Of a stretch of DNA of 64,000 nucleotides, positions 30,502 to 40,599 are shown piece after piece. Position 1 is the stretch's first letter, and every line of letters begins with the position of its first letter. This stretch comes from Alphaproteobacteria bacterium (GTDB lineage: Bacteria; Pseudomonadota; Alphaproteobacteria; UBA828), in NCBI GenBank assembly GCA_965237415.1, contig CBDEFM010000002.1, forward strand, positions 2,848,001 to 2,912,000, in the 5' to 3' direction. The notes below the pieces were generated by a model that saw only the letters and a list, made by a program, of their open reading frames with translations, had not been told where the DNA came from and searched no databases. A program made the translations under genes and the position numbers.

Positions 30502-31638
30502 ATGTCCCCCATCCCGTCCGCCCTGGAGATCACGCGGGACATCGTCCGCATGGACACGCGCAATCCGCCGGGCCGCGAAGTGGAATGTGCCCACTATCTC
30601 GGCGATCTGCTGGGCGCGGCGGGACTCGACGTCTCCTACCACGAGTTCGCGGCGGAGCGGACGAGCCTCGTCGCGGTGCTACGCGGCGAGGGCGGGGAGG
30701 GCAAGAAGCCGCTCTGTTTCGGCGGGCATATCGACGTGGTGCCGCTTGGCACCAAGGACTGGTCGGTCGATCCCTTCGGCGCCGAGATCGTAGACGGCAA
30801 GCTCTATGGCCGCGGCACCACGGACATGAAGACGGGCGTCGCCTCCTTCGTCCACGTCGCACTGAAGCTCGCAGCTGAGGGGCAGCGCGGCGCGGCGGAC
30901 CTGGTGCTGGCGATCTGCGCGGGCGAGGAGACCGGCTGCGAAGGCTCCTACCATCTGGGCAAGGTCGGCGCGCTCGGCGAGGCCGGCGCCATCGTCATCG
31001 GCGAGCCCACGGCGAACTATCCGATCCTCGGCCACAAGGGCGCGCTCTGGCTCAGGGTGGAGACCGAGGGTGTCACCGCTCACGGCTCGATGCCGGAGCT
31101 CGGCGACAACGCGCTCTACAAGGCGGCGCGCTCGGTGACCAGGCTCGAAGACTTCGACTTCAACGTCATGCCCCACGAGCTGCTCGGAAAGTCGACCCTC
31201 AATGTCGGCACCATGCAGGGAGGGCTCAATCTGAACTCCGTGCCGGACCACGCCGAGTTCACCATCGACATCAGGACGCTACCCGAGCAGGACCATGGGC
31301 AAATTCTCACGGGCCTGGAGGGATTTCTCGGCGATGAGAACAAGGTCGGGCGCATCGTCGATGTCGGCGGCGTGCACACCCCGCACACCCACCCGTGGAT
31401 GCGGGAGATCTACGCGGTGATGGAGCCGATCCTGGGCGAGAGAATCGAGCCGCGCGGGGCGCCCTATTTCACCGACGCCTCCGCGCTGACGCCGGCCTAC
31501 GGGCGCCCGCCGACCGTGATCCTTGGGCCGGGCGAGATGCACATGGCCCACCAGACCGACGAGTACTGCCCTGTGGCGCACATCGAGCAGGCAGTCGAGG
31601 CCTACGAGATTCTCGCCCGCCGCTGGTGCGGCTGCTGA
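30502..31638 (+). CDS. M20 family metallopeptidase/deacylase (ArgE/DapE-like)
   Basis: GHIDVVP, GRGTTDMK, GEETG, AHGSMPELG.NA, AHQTDEY. Confidence 0.92.
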   Translation: MSPIPSALEITRDIVRMDTRNPPGREVECAHYLGDLLGAAGLDVSYHEFAAERTSLVAVLRGEGGEGKKPLCFGGHIDVVPLGTKDWSVDPFGAEIVDGKLYGRGTTDMKTGVASFVHVALKLAAEGQRGAADLVLAICAGEETGCEGSYHLGKVGALGEAGAIVIGEPTANYPILGHKGALWLRVETEGVTAHGSMPELGDNALYKAARSVTRLEDFDFNVMPHELLGKSTLNVGTMQGGLNLNSVPDHAEFTIDIRTLPEQDHGQILTGLEGFLGDENKVGRIVDVGGVHTPHTHPWMREIYAVMEPILGERIEPRGAPYFTDASALTPAYGRPPTVILGPGEMHMAHQTDEYCPVAHIEQAVEAYEILARRWCGC

Positions 31639-31843
31639 GAGGGGACGGCCGTTCTCCTGACCGCCGCATAAGCACCGCCCTTCGGCGCCGCCGCAAGGCC
31701 GGCGGCAACGTTCGAATTGCCATGCCTTGGCTGTGATGGCTATGATCCAGGCAAGGAGGGGTCCGTCGTGCCGGCGGGTCCCAGGCAAAGCATTGCGCCG
31801 CAACGACAAAAGGCGAGGCGCAGTGCAGACAGGGAGCTTTCCA

Positions 31844-32845
31844 ATGCGGAAGTTGTCAATGTCACTGGCGGCGGTACTCATGGTTGCCGGCGCTCTGGTG
31901 CTCGCACGCGGCGCCGATGCGGCCTGCGGCAAGGTGACAATCGCCGAGATGACCTGGGCTTCGGCCGGGGTGGCGGCCCATGTCGAGGATATCATCCTCA
32001 AGGAAGGCTATGGCTGCGACACCGAGGTGGTGCCGGGCGACACGGTGCCCACCGTCACCTCTATGACGGAGAAGGGCGAGCCAGACATCGCGCCCGAGGT
32101 CTGGATCAATTCCGCGCGCGAGGTCGTCGAGGCGGCGGTGGCTGAGGGCCGGCTCACGATCGCCGGCGATATCTTCTCGGACGGCGGCGAGGAAGGCTGG
32201 TGGGTGCCCACCTTCGTGGTGGAGCAGAATCCGGAACTCACCACCCTGCAGGAGGTCATCAAGCGGCCCGACCTCTTCCCCGACAAGGAGGAGCCGGGCA
32301 AGGGTCGCTTCTACGGCTGCCCGCCGGGCTGGGCCTGCGAGATCGTCAACCGCAACCTCTACATGGCCTACGGCCTCGACGAGGCCGGGTTCACGCTCTT
32401 CAACCCGGGCTCCGGCGAAGGGCTGGCGGGGGCGATCGCCAGCGCCTATGAGCGTGGCAACCCGATCTTCGCGTACTACTGGGCGCCGACCGCGCTGCTC
32501 GGCAACTACCCGATGGTCAAGCTCGGCGGGATGGAGCACGACCCCGCGACGTGGCCGTGCATCGTCGACAAGGATTGCGCCGACCCGCAGCCCAACATGT
32601 ACGCGAAGTCGGTGGTGGTCACGGTGGTGACCTCGAGTTTCGCCGAGAGCGCACCCGAGGCCTTCGAGTTCGTCTCCAACGTCTCCTGGTCGAACTCCTT
32701 CCTGAACAGCCTGCTCGCATGGAAGGACGAGAACCAGGCGACCACGCGGGAGGCGGCTGAGCACTTCCTCAAGAACAATGAGGACGTGTGGGGCGCCTGG
32801 GTGTCGGCCGAGGTCGCGGAGAAGGTGAAGGCGGCCATGATGTAG
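31844..32845 (+). CDS. proX: Glycine betaine/proline-type ABC substrate-binding protein
   Basis: Signal peptide; CGKVTIAEMTWAS, GYGCDTE, CPPGWAC, YYWAP. Confidence 0.85.
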   Translation: MRKLSMSLAAVLMVAGALVLARGADAACGKVTIAEMTWASAGVAAHVEDIILKEGYGCDTEVVPGDTVPTVTSMTEKGEPDIAPEVWINSAREVVEAAVAEGRLTIAGDIFSDGGEEGWWVPTFVVEQNPELTTLQEVIKRPDLFPDKEEPGKGRFYGCPPGWACEIVNRNLYMAYGLDEAGFTLFNPGSGEGLAGAIASAYERGNPIFAYYWAPTALLGNYPMVKLGGMEHDPATWPCIVDKDCADPQPNMYAKSVVVTVVTSSFAESAPEAFEFVSNVSWSNSFLNSLLAWKDENQATTREAAEHFLKNNEDVWGAWVSAEVAEKVKAAMM

Positions 32846-32902
32846 CCCGCTTCCGGCTGGTCAAACACCGACCGGAAGAGGCCGCGCCGGCCCTCTCCCC
32901 CG

Positions 32903-32940
32903 CCCCGTCCCGGCGTACCGGATGGAACGCCGGGACGGGG
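32903..32940. repeat. Intergenic inverted repeat between proX and proW
   Basis: CCCCGTCCCGGCGT ... ACGCCGGGACGGGG, 14-bp perfect stem. Confidence 0.65.
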
Positions 32941-33008
32941 AGCCGCGCCGGCGCGGCCCGGGTGCGAACGCCATGTCCTCGGGGGAGCCGAACCGGGGAG
33001 CGTGAACC

Positions 33009-33890
33009 GTGTCCGACTGGGTGCTGAATTTCCCGACTCTCGACATTGCCACGCTGCGTTCCGTCCACAAGTCCATCGACGCGGCGTACCGCACGTTTTC
33101 GCGGAACTACGGCGACCCCATCGAGAGCATCTTCGATCCGCTTCTCTGGCTCCTGATTAAGTTCGAGTGGGTCCTGCTCAACGCCCCCTGGTGGGTGGTG
33201 ATCGTCGCGATCGCGGGCATCTGCTTCGCCGCGAGCCGGCGTGTGCGACTCACCGTCGGCGTCATCGTCGCGTTCCTCGCCATCGGCGTCCTCAACATGT
33301 GGGACGACACGATGCGCACCCTTGCCATCATCTTCGTCGCCACCCTCATCGCCATCGCCATCGGCATCCCGCTCGGCATCGCCATGTCGCGCTCCGACCG
33401 GGTGCAGGCGTTCATGAGGCCGATCCTCGACGTCATGCAGACGATGCCCATCTTCGTCTACCTGATCCCGGTGGTGATGCTCTTCGGCCTCGGCAAGATT
33501 CCGGGCCTGATCGCGGTGGTGATCTACGCCGTGCCGCCGGTGATCCGGCTTACCAACCTCGGCATCCGCCTGGTGGACCAGGAGGTGCTGGAGGCGGCGG
33601 ACGCCTTCGGCGCCGGTACCTGGCGCAGGCTCTTCGGCGTCCAGCTGCCGCTGGCGCTCCCCACCATCATGGCCGGCGTCAACCAGACCATCATGATGGC
33701 GCTCTCCATGGTGGTGATCGCTTCGATGATCGGCGTTAAGGGCCTGGGCATGCCCGTGCTCCAGGCGGTGACCAACCAGTACTTCGCGCTCGGGCTGTTC
33801 AACGGCGCGGCGGTGGTGGGGCTCGCGATCGTGTTCGACCGGGTGACCCAGAGCTACGGCCGGCGCATCGAGGCGCAGCGGCAGTCATGA
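33009..33890 (+). CDS. proW: Betaine/proline ABC permease
   Basis: LDVMQTMPIFVYLIP, RLTNLGIR, MAGVNQTIMMALSMVVIASMIG. Confidence 0.92.
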   Translation: MSDWVLNFPTLDIATLRSVHKSIDAAYRTFSRNYGDPIESIFDPLLWLLIKFEWVLLNAPWWVVIVAIAGICFAASRRVRLTVGVIVAFLAIGVLNMWDDTMRTLAIIFVATLIAIAIGIPLGIAMSRSDRVQAFMRPILDVMQTMPIFVYLIPVVMLFGLGKIPGLIAVVIYAVPPVIRLTNLGIRLVDQEVLEAADAFGAGTWRRLFGVQLPLALPTIMAGVNQTIMMALSMVVIASMIGVKGLGMPVLQAVTNQYFALGLFNGAAVVGLAIVFDRVTQSYGRRIEAQRQS

Positions 33891-34960
33891 CCGCGCAGAC
33901 CCACGAGGGCATCCAGGTCGGACGCCTCTACAAGGTGTTCGGCGCCGACCCGGCGTCCGTGATGCCGCTCGTGCACGAGGGCATCAGCAAGCAGGACCTG
34001 CTGGAGGCCCACGGCCATGTCCTCGGCCTGCGCGACATCAATCTGGACGTCGCCCCGCGCAGCATCCAGGTTGTCATGGGGCTCAGCGGCTCGGGCAAGT
34101 CCACGCTGGTGCGCCACATCAACCGCCTGATCGACCCGACGGAAGGCGATGTGCGCATCGACGGGGAGGACATGCTCGCGCTGGACGCTGCGGCGCTCAA
34201 GCGGCTCCGGCGCTACAAGATCAGCATGGTGTTCCAGCGTTTCGCGCTGTTCCCGCACCGGACCGTGATGGACAATGTCGGCTACGGCTTGGCGCTCCAG
34301 GGTCTCGCCAAAAGCGAGCGTACCGCACGCGCCGCGCAATGGGTGGAGCGCGTCGGCCTCCAGGGCTACGAGGAGTCCTACCCGCACCACCTCTCCGGCG
34401 GCATGCAGCAGCGGGTCGGCCTCGCTCGCGCCCTCGCGACCGACGCCGACATCCTGCTGATGGACGAGGCCTTCAGCGCGCTCGATCCGCTGATCCGCTC
34501 GGACATGCGGACGCTGCTGCTCGGCCTGCAGCACGAGTTGCACAAGACCATCGTGTTCGTCACCCACGACCTCGAGGAAGCCATCGAGATCGGCGACCGC
34601 ATCGCCATCCTGCGCGATGGCGAGGTCATCCAGAACGGCGATTCGCAGGACATCGTGCTGCGCCCGGCGGACTCCTACATCGCCGACTTCACGAAGAGCA
34701 TCAATCGCGGGCGCGTCGTCCGCGTGAGCTCCATCATGGAGCCGCTCAGGCCGGGCCTGGCGGGGCCCGACTGCCCGCACGACACGACGGTGGAGGAGGC
34801 GCTGCCGCTGGCGGTCGCATCGCCCGGCGGCATGGCACGGGTCGTGAACGGCGAGGGTTCGCCGGTCGGCGCTATATCGCTCAGCGGCCTGGTCCGCGCC
34901 CTCGGCGGCGGCCGGGCCTCCGACCGCGCGGGGACAGACGACTCTCGATCCGGCGCCTGA
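33887..34960 (+). CDS. proV: Betaine/proline ABC ATP-binding protein
   Basis: [38 protein letters not shown]; ATGA overlap with proW. Confidence 0.92.
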   Translation: MTAQTHEGIQVGRLYKVFGADPASVMPLVHEGISKQDLLEAHGHVLGLRDINLDVAPRSIQVVMGLSGSGKSTLVRHINRLIDPTEGDVRIDGEDMLALDAAALKRLRRYKISMVFQRFALFPHRTVMDNVGYGLALQGLAKSERTARAAQWVERVGLQGYEESYPHHLSGGMQQRVGLARALATDADILLMDEAFSALDPLIRSDMRTLLLGLQHELHKTIVFVTHDLEEAIEIGDRIAILRDGEVIQNGDSQDIVLRPADSYIADFTKSINRGRVVRVSSIMEPLRPGLAGPDCPHDTTVEEALPLAVASPGGMARVVNGEGSPVGAISLSGLVRALGGGRASDRAGTDDSRSGA

Positions 34961-34963
34961 GCC

Positions 34964-37900
34964 CTATTCCGCTGCGACCGCTCTGTTCAGGAAGGACGCG
35001 AAGCTCGCGTCGCGGCCGTAAGCGCTTAGCCCGTCCACGCTGACAAAGCCGTCCTCCAGGTCCGCGCGGAGCGCGTCGTCCGCCCGTTCGCGCGGGTCGC
35101 CGTAACCGCCGCCGCCCGGCACGCGGACGAGGATCTGGTCGCCCCGGTGGAGCCGGATGTTGATGAACTTGGTCGGGCTCACGGTGCCGTAGACCTCCTT
35201 GAAGGTGCGGAACTCCTCGTCTTCGACGCGCTTGACGAAGAAGCCGGTCGGTGCGCCCGGTTTCCCCTTCATCAGCCCATAGGGCCCCTCGGTCATGCGG
35301 TCGGTCAGCGCGCTCACGCTGATAGCGTCGGCAACCACCTCGAACTGGCGCCAGCAGCCGAGCCCGCCCCGCCACTTGCCGGCGCCGCCGGAATCCGGCC
35401 GGATCTCGTACTTGAGGACCCGGAGCGGGAAGCGCGTCTCGAACACCTCGATCGGCGTCGCCCGGATCGTGCTCGCGTGAGCGCAGCAAAGCGCGGTGTT
35501 GCCGTCCTTGCCGAGCCGACCACCCCAGCCGCCCCCTTCGAGCTGATAGTGGGTCCAGTACTCGCCCGTATCGGGGTGGATGCCGCCGAGGAGCAGGTTG
35601 CACGCGGTGCCGCCCTCGGCGGCGCTTACCATCTCCGGCACAGCCTTGGAGAGCGCATGCTGGACCGCCGCGATGATGCGGGGCTGGCCCTCTGTGTTGC
35701 CGGCGACGCTCGGCGCGGGGAAGACCGGGTTCGCCACCGTCCCCGGCGGTGACACCACGCGAAGCGGCTTGAAGCACCCGCTATTCAGCGGCACATCGCG
35801 GGCGCAGAGCGTCTGCAGTACCGCCGTGCAGCCGGCGGCGGCCGTCGCCACATAGGTGACGTTGATGGGCCCCCGCGCCTGCTCGTCCGATTCCGAGAGA
35901 TCGACCACGATCTCCTCGTCGCGGATGTGCACGGTGGGGCGGAAGTAATAGCGCCTGGTTGTGACCCCGTCGTCCTCGAAATAGTCCTCGGCCTTGTAGA
36001 TGCCGTTGGGGAGCTTGCGGATCTCGTTCCGCATCCAGTGCTCGGCGTGGTCGACGAGGGCGTCGCAGATCCTCTCGAAGGTCTCGATGCCGAGACGCTT
36101 CACCAGCTCGCCCAGCCGCTGCTCGGCGGTATTCAGCGAGCCGATCATCGCGTGGAAGTCGCCCCAGGTGGTGTTCGGGGTGCGGTGATTGGCGAGCGTG
36201 ATGCGCCAGACGTCCTTCACATACTCGCCGCGCGAGAGCAGCTTCACCGGCGGCAGCCTGAGTCCTTCCTGGAACACCTCGGTTGCGGTGCTGGCGAAGG
36301 AGCCCACCGCCATGCCGCCGATCTCGGCGATATGGGCGATGTTGGCGGCGTAGCCGATCAGCGTGCCGTCGACGAAGACCGGCTTCATCAACAGGTGCTC
36401 CGGCATGTGGCATTGCCCGCGGTAGGGATCGTTATGGACGATCACGTCGCCCGGCTCGATCGGCTCGTCCATCTCCTTCACGCAGAGCGGCACCGTGTGC
36501 AGGCCGGCGCAGATGATCGCCGGGTTCATCTCGGCCTGGCCCACCATGCGGAGCCTGCGGTCGAACAGGCAGCACGAGAAGTCCCGCGATTCGCTGAAGA
36601 TCGGCGAATAGGCGGTGCGCACCATGGCGCTTTCCATCTCGTTGCAGATGTTGCCCAGCGCGTTGTTGACCACCGTGAGCGTGACCGGGTCCTTCTCGGG
36701 CGCGAGCCGCCCGATGCCGACCGCGGCTCCTGCCGCCCTGGGCAGGCTCACGATCAGGCTGCCGTCGGCGCCGATCTCGATCTCGCTGCGCGGGGGCACG
36801 AGGGTGGTCGAATCCATCTCGTCGATGATCGCGGGCCCGGCAATCACGCTGCCGGCGGGGAGCGCGGCCCGGCGGTAGATCGGCGTCTCCAGCGGTTTGT
36901 CCCCGTCGAAATAGACCTCACGGTGGGCATACGCCCGGCCCGAGCCTGAGGCGGGCGCGCTCAGCGTTGCATCGGTGAGCTCTTCGCCCACGGCGATCAC
37001 CCGCACCTCGGTCGTCTCGACGACCTTGTCGCGGAGCGCGTATCCGTAAAGCTCCTCGTGCTGGCGGTGGAGTCTCTCCAGCGCCTGCGCAAACGCCACC
37101 TCGTCGAGCTCCAGCGCGTCGAGCTGCACCAACTCGCCGAAATTCTGGCCCATATAGCGCATGCTGAGATAGCCGGTGACGTGGGCCTCGTCCTCCAGTC
37201 CCTCGCGCACGAGCTCATCCACTGCCGCACGTGCGAGGGCCCCCAGCTGGTCGTTGAGGGTGTCCAGGTCCACCGTGTCGGAACGGTGATTGACCGTTCG
37301 CGCACGGTCGACGCGGAGGTCCGTCAGAAGCGTGCCGAGCGCCGAGCAGAGCCCCGGATGAGGCGGCACGACGACCTTCTTCATCTCGAGCGGCGCCGCG
37401 ACATCGACGGCGTGCAACGGGCCGGCACCGCCGAAGGCGATCAGCGCGTAGTCGCGGTGGTCGATGCCGCGCTCGACCGTCATCAGCCGGATGGCGTCCG
37501 CCATGTTCTCGGCCGCGGTCTCCAGGATTGCGCGTGCGGTCTCCACGGCCGTCAGCCCGAGCTGCTGCCCAAGCGCGCACACGGCCTCGTGCGCCTTGGC
37601 CGCGTCGAGGGTCATCTCGCCGCCGAGGAAGTAGTCGGGGTCGAGCCGGCCCAGCACCACGTTGGCGTCGGTCACCGTCGGCTCGGTCCCGCCCTTGCCG
37701 TAGCAGGCGGGGCCGGGGTCGGCGCCGGCGCTGCGCGGCCCGACGCGGAGCAGGCCGCCCGCATCGACATAGGCGATGGAGCCCCCGCCCGCGCCGATGG
37801 TGGTGTAGTCGATGAAGAGCGCGCTCACCGGCACACCCCATTCCACCTCGTATTCGGTGGTGGAGCCGAAGGCGCCGTCGGTGACGAGACCGACGTCGCA

Positions 37901-38779
37901 GCTGGTGCCGCCCATGTCGAGGGTGACGCCGTTGCCATCGGCGTGATCGCGGGCGAAGCGGGCGCCGGCGATGACGCCGCCCGCGAGACCCGAAAGCAGA
38001 AGCTGGACCGGCGCCTCGCCGGCGGACTCCGCCTGCAAATGGCCGCCGTTGGACTTCATGATCGAGAGCGGTGCGCCGATCCCGGCCGTCTGCAGGTCGG
38101 CCGAGACCTGGCCCACGAAGCGGTCGATGATGCGCTTGATGAAGGCGTCGGTGATGACCGTGGTGCTCCGCTGATACTCGCGCCAGATCGGGCAGACGTG
38201 GCTGGAGAGCGAGACGGGCAGGTCGGGGAAACGCTCGGCCAGATAAGCGCCGATGGCTTCCTCGTGGGCCGGATCGACGTAGGAGAAGAGCAGGTTGACC
38301 GCGACCGCCCACTCCTGCGCGGGCTGGCTCGCGAGCCATTCGTCGATCCAGTCGCCGAGGCGCTCCAGCTCTGGTTGCTCCAGCGCGATCAGGATGTTGC
38401 CCTTGTGATCGATGCGCTCCCTGATGCCGAAGACATGACGACGGAGGACGCCGGCGCTGGGTTTCTCCCAGGCCGGGTTGTAGGCCTCCTTGCGGGCGAT
38501 GAGGCCGATGATGGGCACGTCCTGCACACCATCGGTGCCGACGTAGAGAACGGTCGCGCCCTTCTTCTGCAGGCGCGCGTTGGTGGCGATGGTGGTGCCG
38601 AGCACGATACGGCCGATCTCGTCAGGCGTGAGCGCGCTCTGGCCGATCGCGTTGAGCGGCGCGGCAGCGGGCTGCTGCGGCGTGGAGGGGACCTTGACGG
38701 TGCGGATGCGCCCGTTCTGGTCGTCCAGCGCCACGAGGTCGGTGAAGGTGCCGCCGGTGTCGATTCCGACCCTATACAT
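34964..38779 (-). CDS. Fused hydantoinase A + B / oxoprolinase-like protein
   Basis: N-half GIDTGGTFTD, DMGGTSCD, GPACYG; C-half RTAYS..SRDFS, HNDPY..HMPE, GAGKWRGG, PGGGGYGDP. Confidence 0.95.
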   Translation of the reverse strand: MYRVGIDTGGTFTDLVALDDQNGRIRTVKVPSTPQQPAAAPLNAIGQSALTPDEIGRIVLGTTIATNARLQKKGATVLYVGTDGVQDVPIIGLIARKEAYNPAWEKPSAGVLRRHVFGIRERIDHKGNILIALEQPELERLGDWIDEWLASQPAQEWAVAVNLLFSYVDPAHEEAIGAYLAERFPDLPVSLSSHVCPIWREYQRSTTVITDAFIKRIIDRFVGQVSADLQTAGIGAPLSIMKSNGGHLQAESAGEAPVQLLLSGLAGGVIAGARFARDHADGNGVTLDMGGTSCDVGLVTDGAFGSTTEYEVEWGVPVSALFIDYTTIGAGGGSIAYVDAGGLLRVGPRSAGADPGPACYGKGGTEPTVTDANVVLGRLDPDYFLGGEMTLDAAKAHEAVCALGQQLGLTAVETARAILETAAENMADAIRLMTVERGIDHRDYALIAFGGAGPLHAVDVAAPLEMKKVVVPPHPGLCSALGTLLTDLRVDRARTVNHRSDTVDLDTLNDQLGALARAAVDELVREGLEDEAHVTGYLSMRYMGQNFGELVQLDALELDEVAFAQALERLHRQHEELYGYALRDKVVETTEVRVIAVGEELTDATLSAPASGSGRAYAHREVYFDGDKPLETPIYRRAALPAGSVIAGPAIIDEMDSTTLVPPRSEIEIGADGSLIVSLPRAAGAAVGIGRLAPEKDPVTLTVVNNALGNICNEMESAMVRTAYSPIFSESRDFSCCLFDRRLRMVGQAEMNPAIICAGLHTVPLCVKEMDEPIEPGDVIVHNDPYRGQCHMPEHLLMKPVFVDGTLIGYAANIAHIAEIGGMAVGSFASTATEVFQEGLRLPPVKLLSRGEYVKDVWRITLANHRTPNTTWGDFHAMIGSLNTAEQRLGELVKRLGIETFERICDALVDHAEHWMRNEIRKLPNGIYKAEDYFEDDGVTTRRYYFRPTVHIRDEEIVVDLSESDEQARGPINVTYVATAAAGCTAVLQTLCARDVPLNSGCFKPLRVVSPPGTVANPVFPAPSVAGNTEGQPRIIAAVQHALSKAVPEMVSAAEGGTACNLLLGGIHPDTGEYWTHYQLEGGGWGGRLGKDGNTALCCAHASTIRATPIEVFETRFPLRVLKYEIRPDSGGAGKWRGGLGCWRQFEVVADAISVSALTDRMTEGPYGLMKGKPGAPTGFFVKRVEDEEFRTFKEVYGTVSPTKFINIRLHRGDQILVRVPGGGGYGDPRERADDALRADLEDGFVSVDGLSAYGRDASFASFLNRAVAAE

Positions 38780-39011
38780 CGTTCGCCTCCCCGGCTTGGC
38801 CTGCGTCCTCGACACGGCCCTCGGCCTTCGCCGCGGCGAACTCCGCCCGGAGACGCCGCTTCACGTCGGCGCACTTGTCCTCGCAGTACATGTCGCCGGG
38901 GAATTCGTCGTCCACCCAGTGTTCCCGCGCCATCATGATGCCGCAGAAGGAGCAGTTGAAAATCCGCGTGTCGTACCAGGCGAGGTCAAACGGGACCCAC
39001 TTGCCGCTCAT
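38772..39011 (-). CDS. Small Cys-rich protein (CxxC...CxxxC), putative zinc-binding
   Basis: 79 aa, GGGAGG RBS; its stop overlaps the hydantoinase ATG by 8 nt. Confidence 0.7.
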   Translation of the reverse strand: MSGKWVPFDLAWYDTRIFNCSFCGIMMAREHWVDDEFPGDMYCEDKCADVKRRLRAEFAAAKAEGRVEDAGQAGEANDV

Positions 39012-39128
39012 CTCAGCCCACCTCCCAGCATGTCTTGGACGGCCGAGACACTTTCACGGCGCGCGATGTGGGTCAACCGCGCGCGGGCCGAGCGCCCCCA
39101 CCTCGCCCCGGTCCTCTCCCAACTTGTT

Positions 39129-39226
39129 CAAATCCCTCAGACGCCGGGCGCTCGCTCCGCGAGCATCGCGCGCCCCCGCGCGCGTAACCGCGCGGCGCAG
39201 TCGCGCCGTCCGGGCCTGCGGCCCGG
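39129..39226 (-). repeat. Dispersed multi-hairpin repeat, copy A
   Basis: Reverse complement reads CCGGGCCGCAGGCCCGG...GCGGAGCGAGCGCCCGGCGTCTGAGGGATTTG. Confidence 0.85.
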
Positions 39227-39261
39227 TAGGGCGGAGGGGGACAGGGGGAGGTGGGGAACAT

Positions 39262-40583
39262 TGGTACAGACCGGATAGATAGGTAACAGAATGGACCGGA
39301 TAGATGGGTGACAGGTTTTGGCAGGGCCAGGAGGTGGCCGATGCCGTGGAAGGAGACCTGTCGCATGGAGGAGAAGTTGGTTTTTGTCGCAGACTGTCTG
39401 CGTGGCGAGTTGCCGATGACAGCGCTTTGCGAGGACTACGGCATCAGCCGCAAGACGGGCTACAAATGGCTCGGTCGCTATCGCGAGCACGGCCCGGAGG
39501 GCCTGGTGGAGCGCTCTCGTGCGCCGCACCGTCATGGTCGGTCGATGGCGCCGGAGATGGCCGAAGCGATTGTTGCTCTGCGCAGGCAGCGTCCCCATTG
39601 GGGTCCGCGCAAGCTGCGCGCAGTGCTGATGGGAGAGCGCCCCGAGGCGGTGTGGCCTGCGGCCAGCACGATGGGCGATCTGCTGCGTGCGGAAGGGCTG
39701 GTGAGCGCCCGCCGCCGGCGTCGTCGGGTAGCTGCGCCTGGTCGGCCGTTCCGTGCCGTCACCGCACCCAACGATGTGTGGTGCATCGACTTCAAGGGTT
39801 GGTTCCGCACCCGCGACGGCGAACGCTGCGACCCGCTGACCGTCAGCGACGCTTACAGCCGTTTCCTTCTGGCCTGTGTCATCGTCCCGCCCCGGACCGA
39901 CACGGTCCGTGTGGCGGTCGAGCAGCTCTTCAAGCGCTACGGCCTGCCTCTGGCCATCCGCTCGGACAACGGGGCACCGTTCGCCGGAACGGGCGCGGGC
40001 GGACTGTCTCGTCTGTCGGTCGGCTGGATCAAGGCCGGCATCGCGTTGGAGCGCATCGAGCCGGGCCAGCCCCAGCAGAACGGACGGCACGAGCGCATGC
40101 ATCGGACCTTGAAGGCCGAGACGGCCAAACCGCCGGCCGCGAGTGCGGGCCAGCAGCAGGTCCGCTTCGACCGCTTCCGCCAGGACTTCAACGACAACCG
40201 TCCCCACGAGGCGCTTGGCCAGCAGCCGCCTGCGGCGTTCTACCGGCCCTCGCTGCGGCCTTACCCCGAACGCCTGGACGAGCCCTGGTACGATGCCTGG
40301 CACGCCATGCGCCGGGTGCGCACCGACGGGTCCATCAAGTGGGGCGGCGACCTGGTCTTCATCAGCGAGACGCTGAAGGGCGAACCCGTCGGCATCGCCG
40401 AGACCGACAGCGGCGACTGGATCGTTCGCTTCGCCGACATCGACCTCGGCATCATCGATCGCCGGACGAAAAAACTTCATGGCTTCCGCGCGGCCCGGCC
40501 GGGCCGCGCGGAAGCCAAACAAACGACGAACACTGTTACCCATGTAACCGGTCCATAGCGTTACCTATGCTTCCGGTTGCACA
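39262..40583 (+). mobile_element. IS481-family insertion sequence
   Basis: Ends carry doubled ACCGGATAGAT(A/G)GGT(A/G)ACA-like repeats mirrored at the right end, which finishes in ...TGCACA; no clear target duplication. Confidence 0.85.
39341..40558 (+). CDS. IS481-family transposase (intact)
   Basis: MPWKE, GISRKTGYKWL.RY, WGPRKL, WCIDFKG, IRSDNG.PF, PQQNGRHER.HRTLK. Confidence 0.95.
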   Translation: MPWKETCRMEEKLVFVADCLRGELPMTALCEDYGISRKTGYKWLGRYREHGPEGLVERSRAPHRHGRSMAPEMAEAIVALRRQRPHWGPRKLRAVLMGERPEAVWPAASTMGDLLRAEGLVSARRRRRRVAAPGRPFRAVTAPNDVWCIDFKGWFRTRDGERCDPLTVSDAYSRFLLACVIVPPRTDTVRVAVEQLFKRYGLPLAIRSDNGAPFAGTGAGGLSRLSVGWIKAGIALERIEPGQPQQNGRHERMHRTLKAETAKPPAASAGQQQVRFDRFRQDFNDNRPHEALGQQPPAAFYRPSLRPYPERLDEPWYDAWHAMRRVRTDGSIKWGGDLVFISETLKGEPVGIAETDSGDWIVRFADIDLGIIDRRTKKLHGFRAARPGRAEAKQTTNTVTHVTGP

Positions 40584-40599
40584 ATTCCGGCGGCGCGTG

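Noticed and set aside
39270-39313. Tandem ~19-bp repeats resembling a mini-CRISPR or iterons
   Set aside because: They are the subterminal repeats of IS481, mirrored at its right end; no CRISPR array or cas gene was seen in the window
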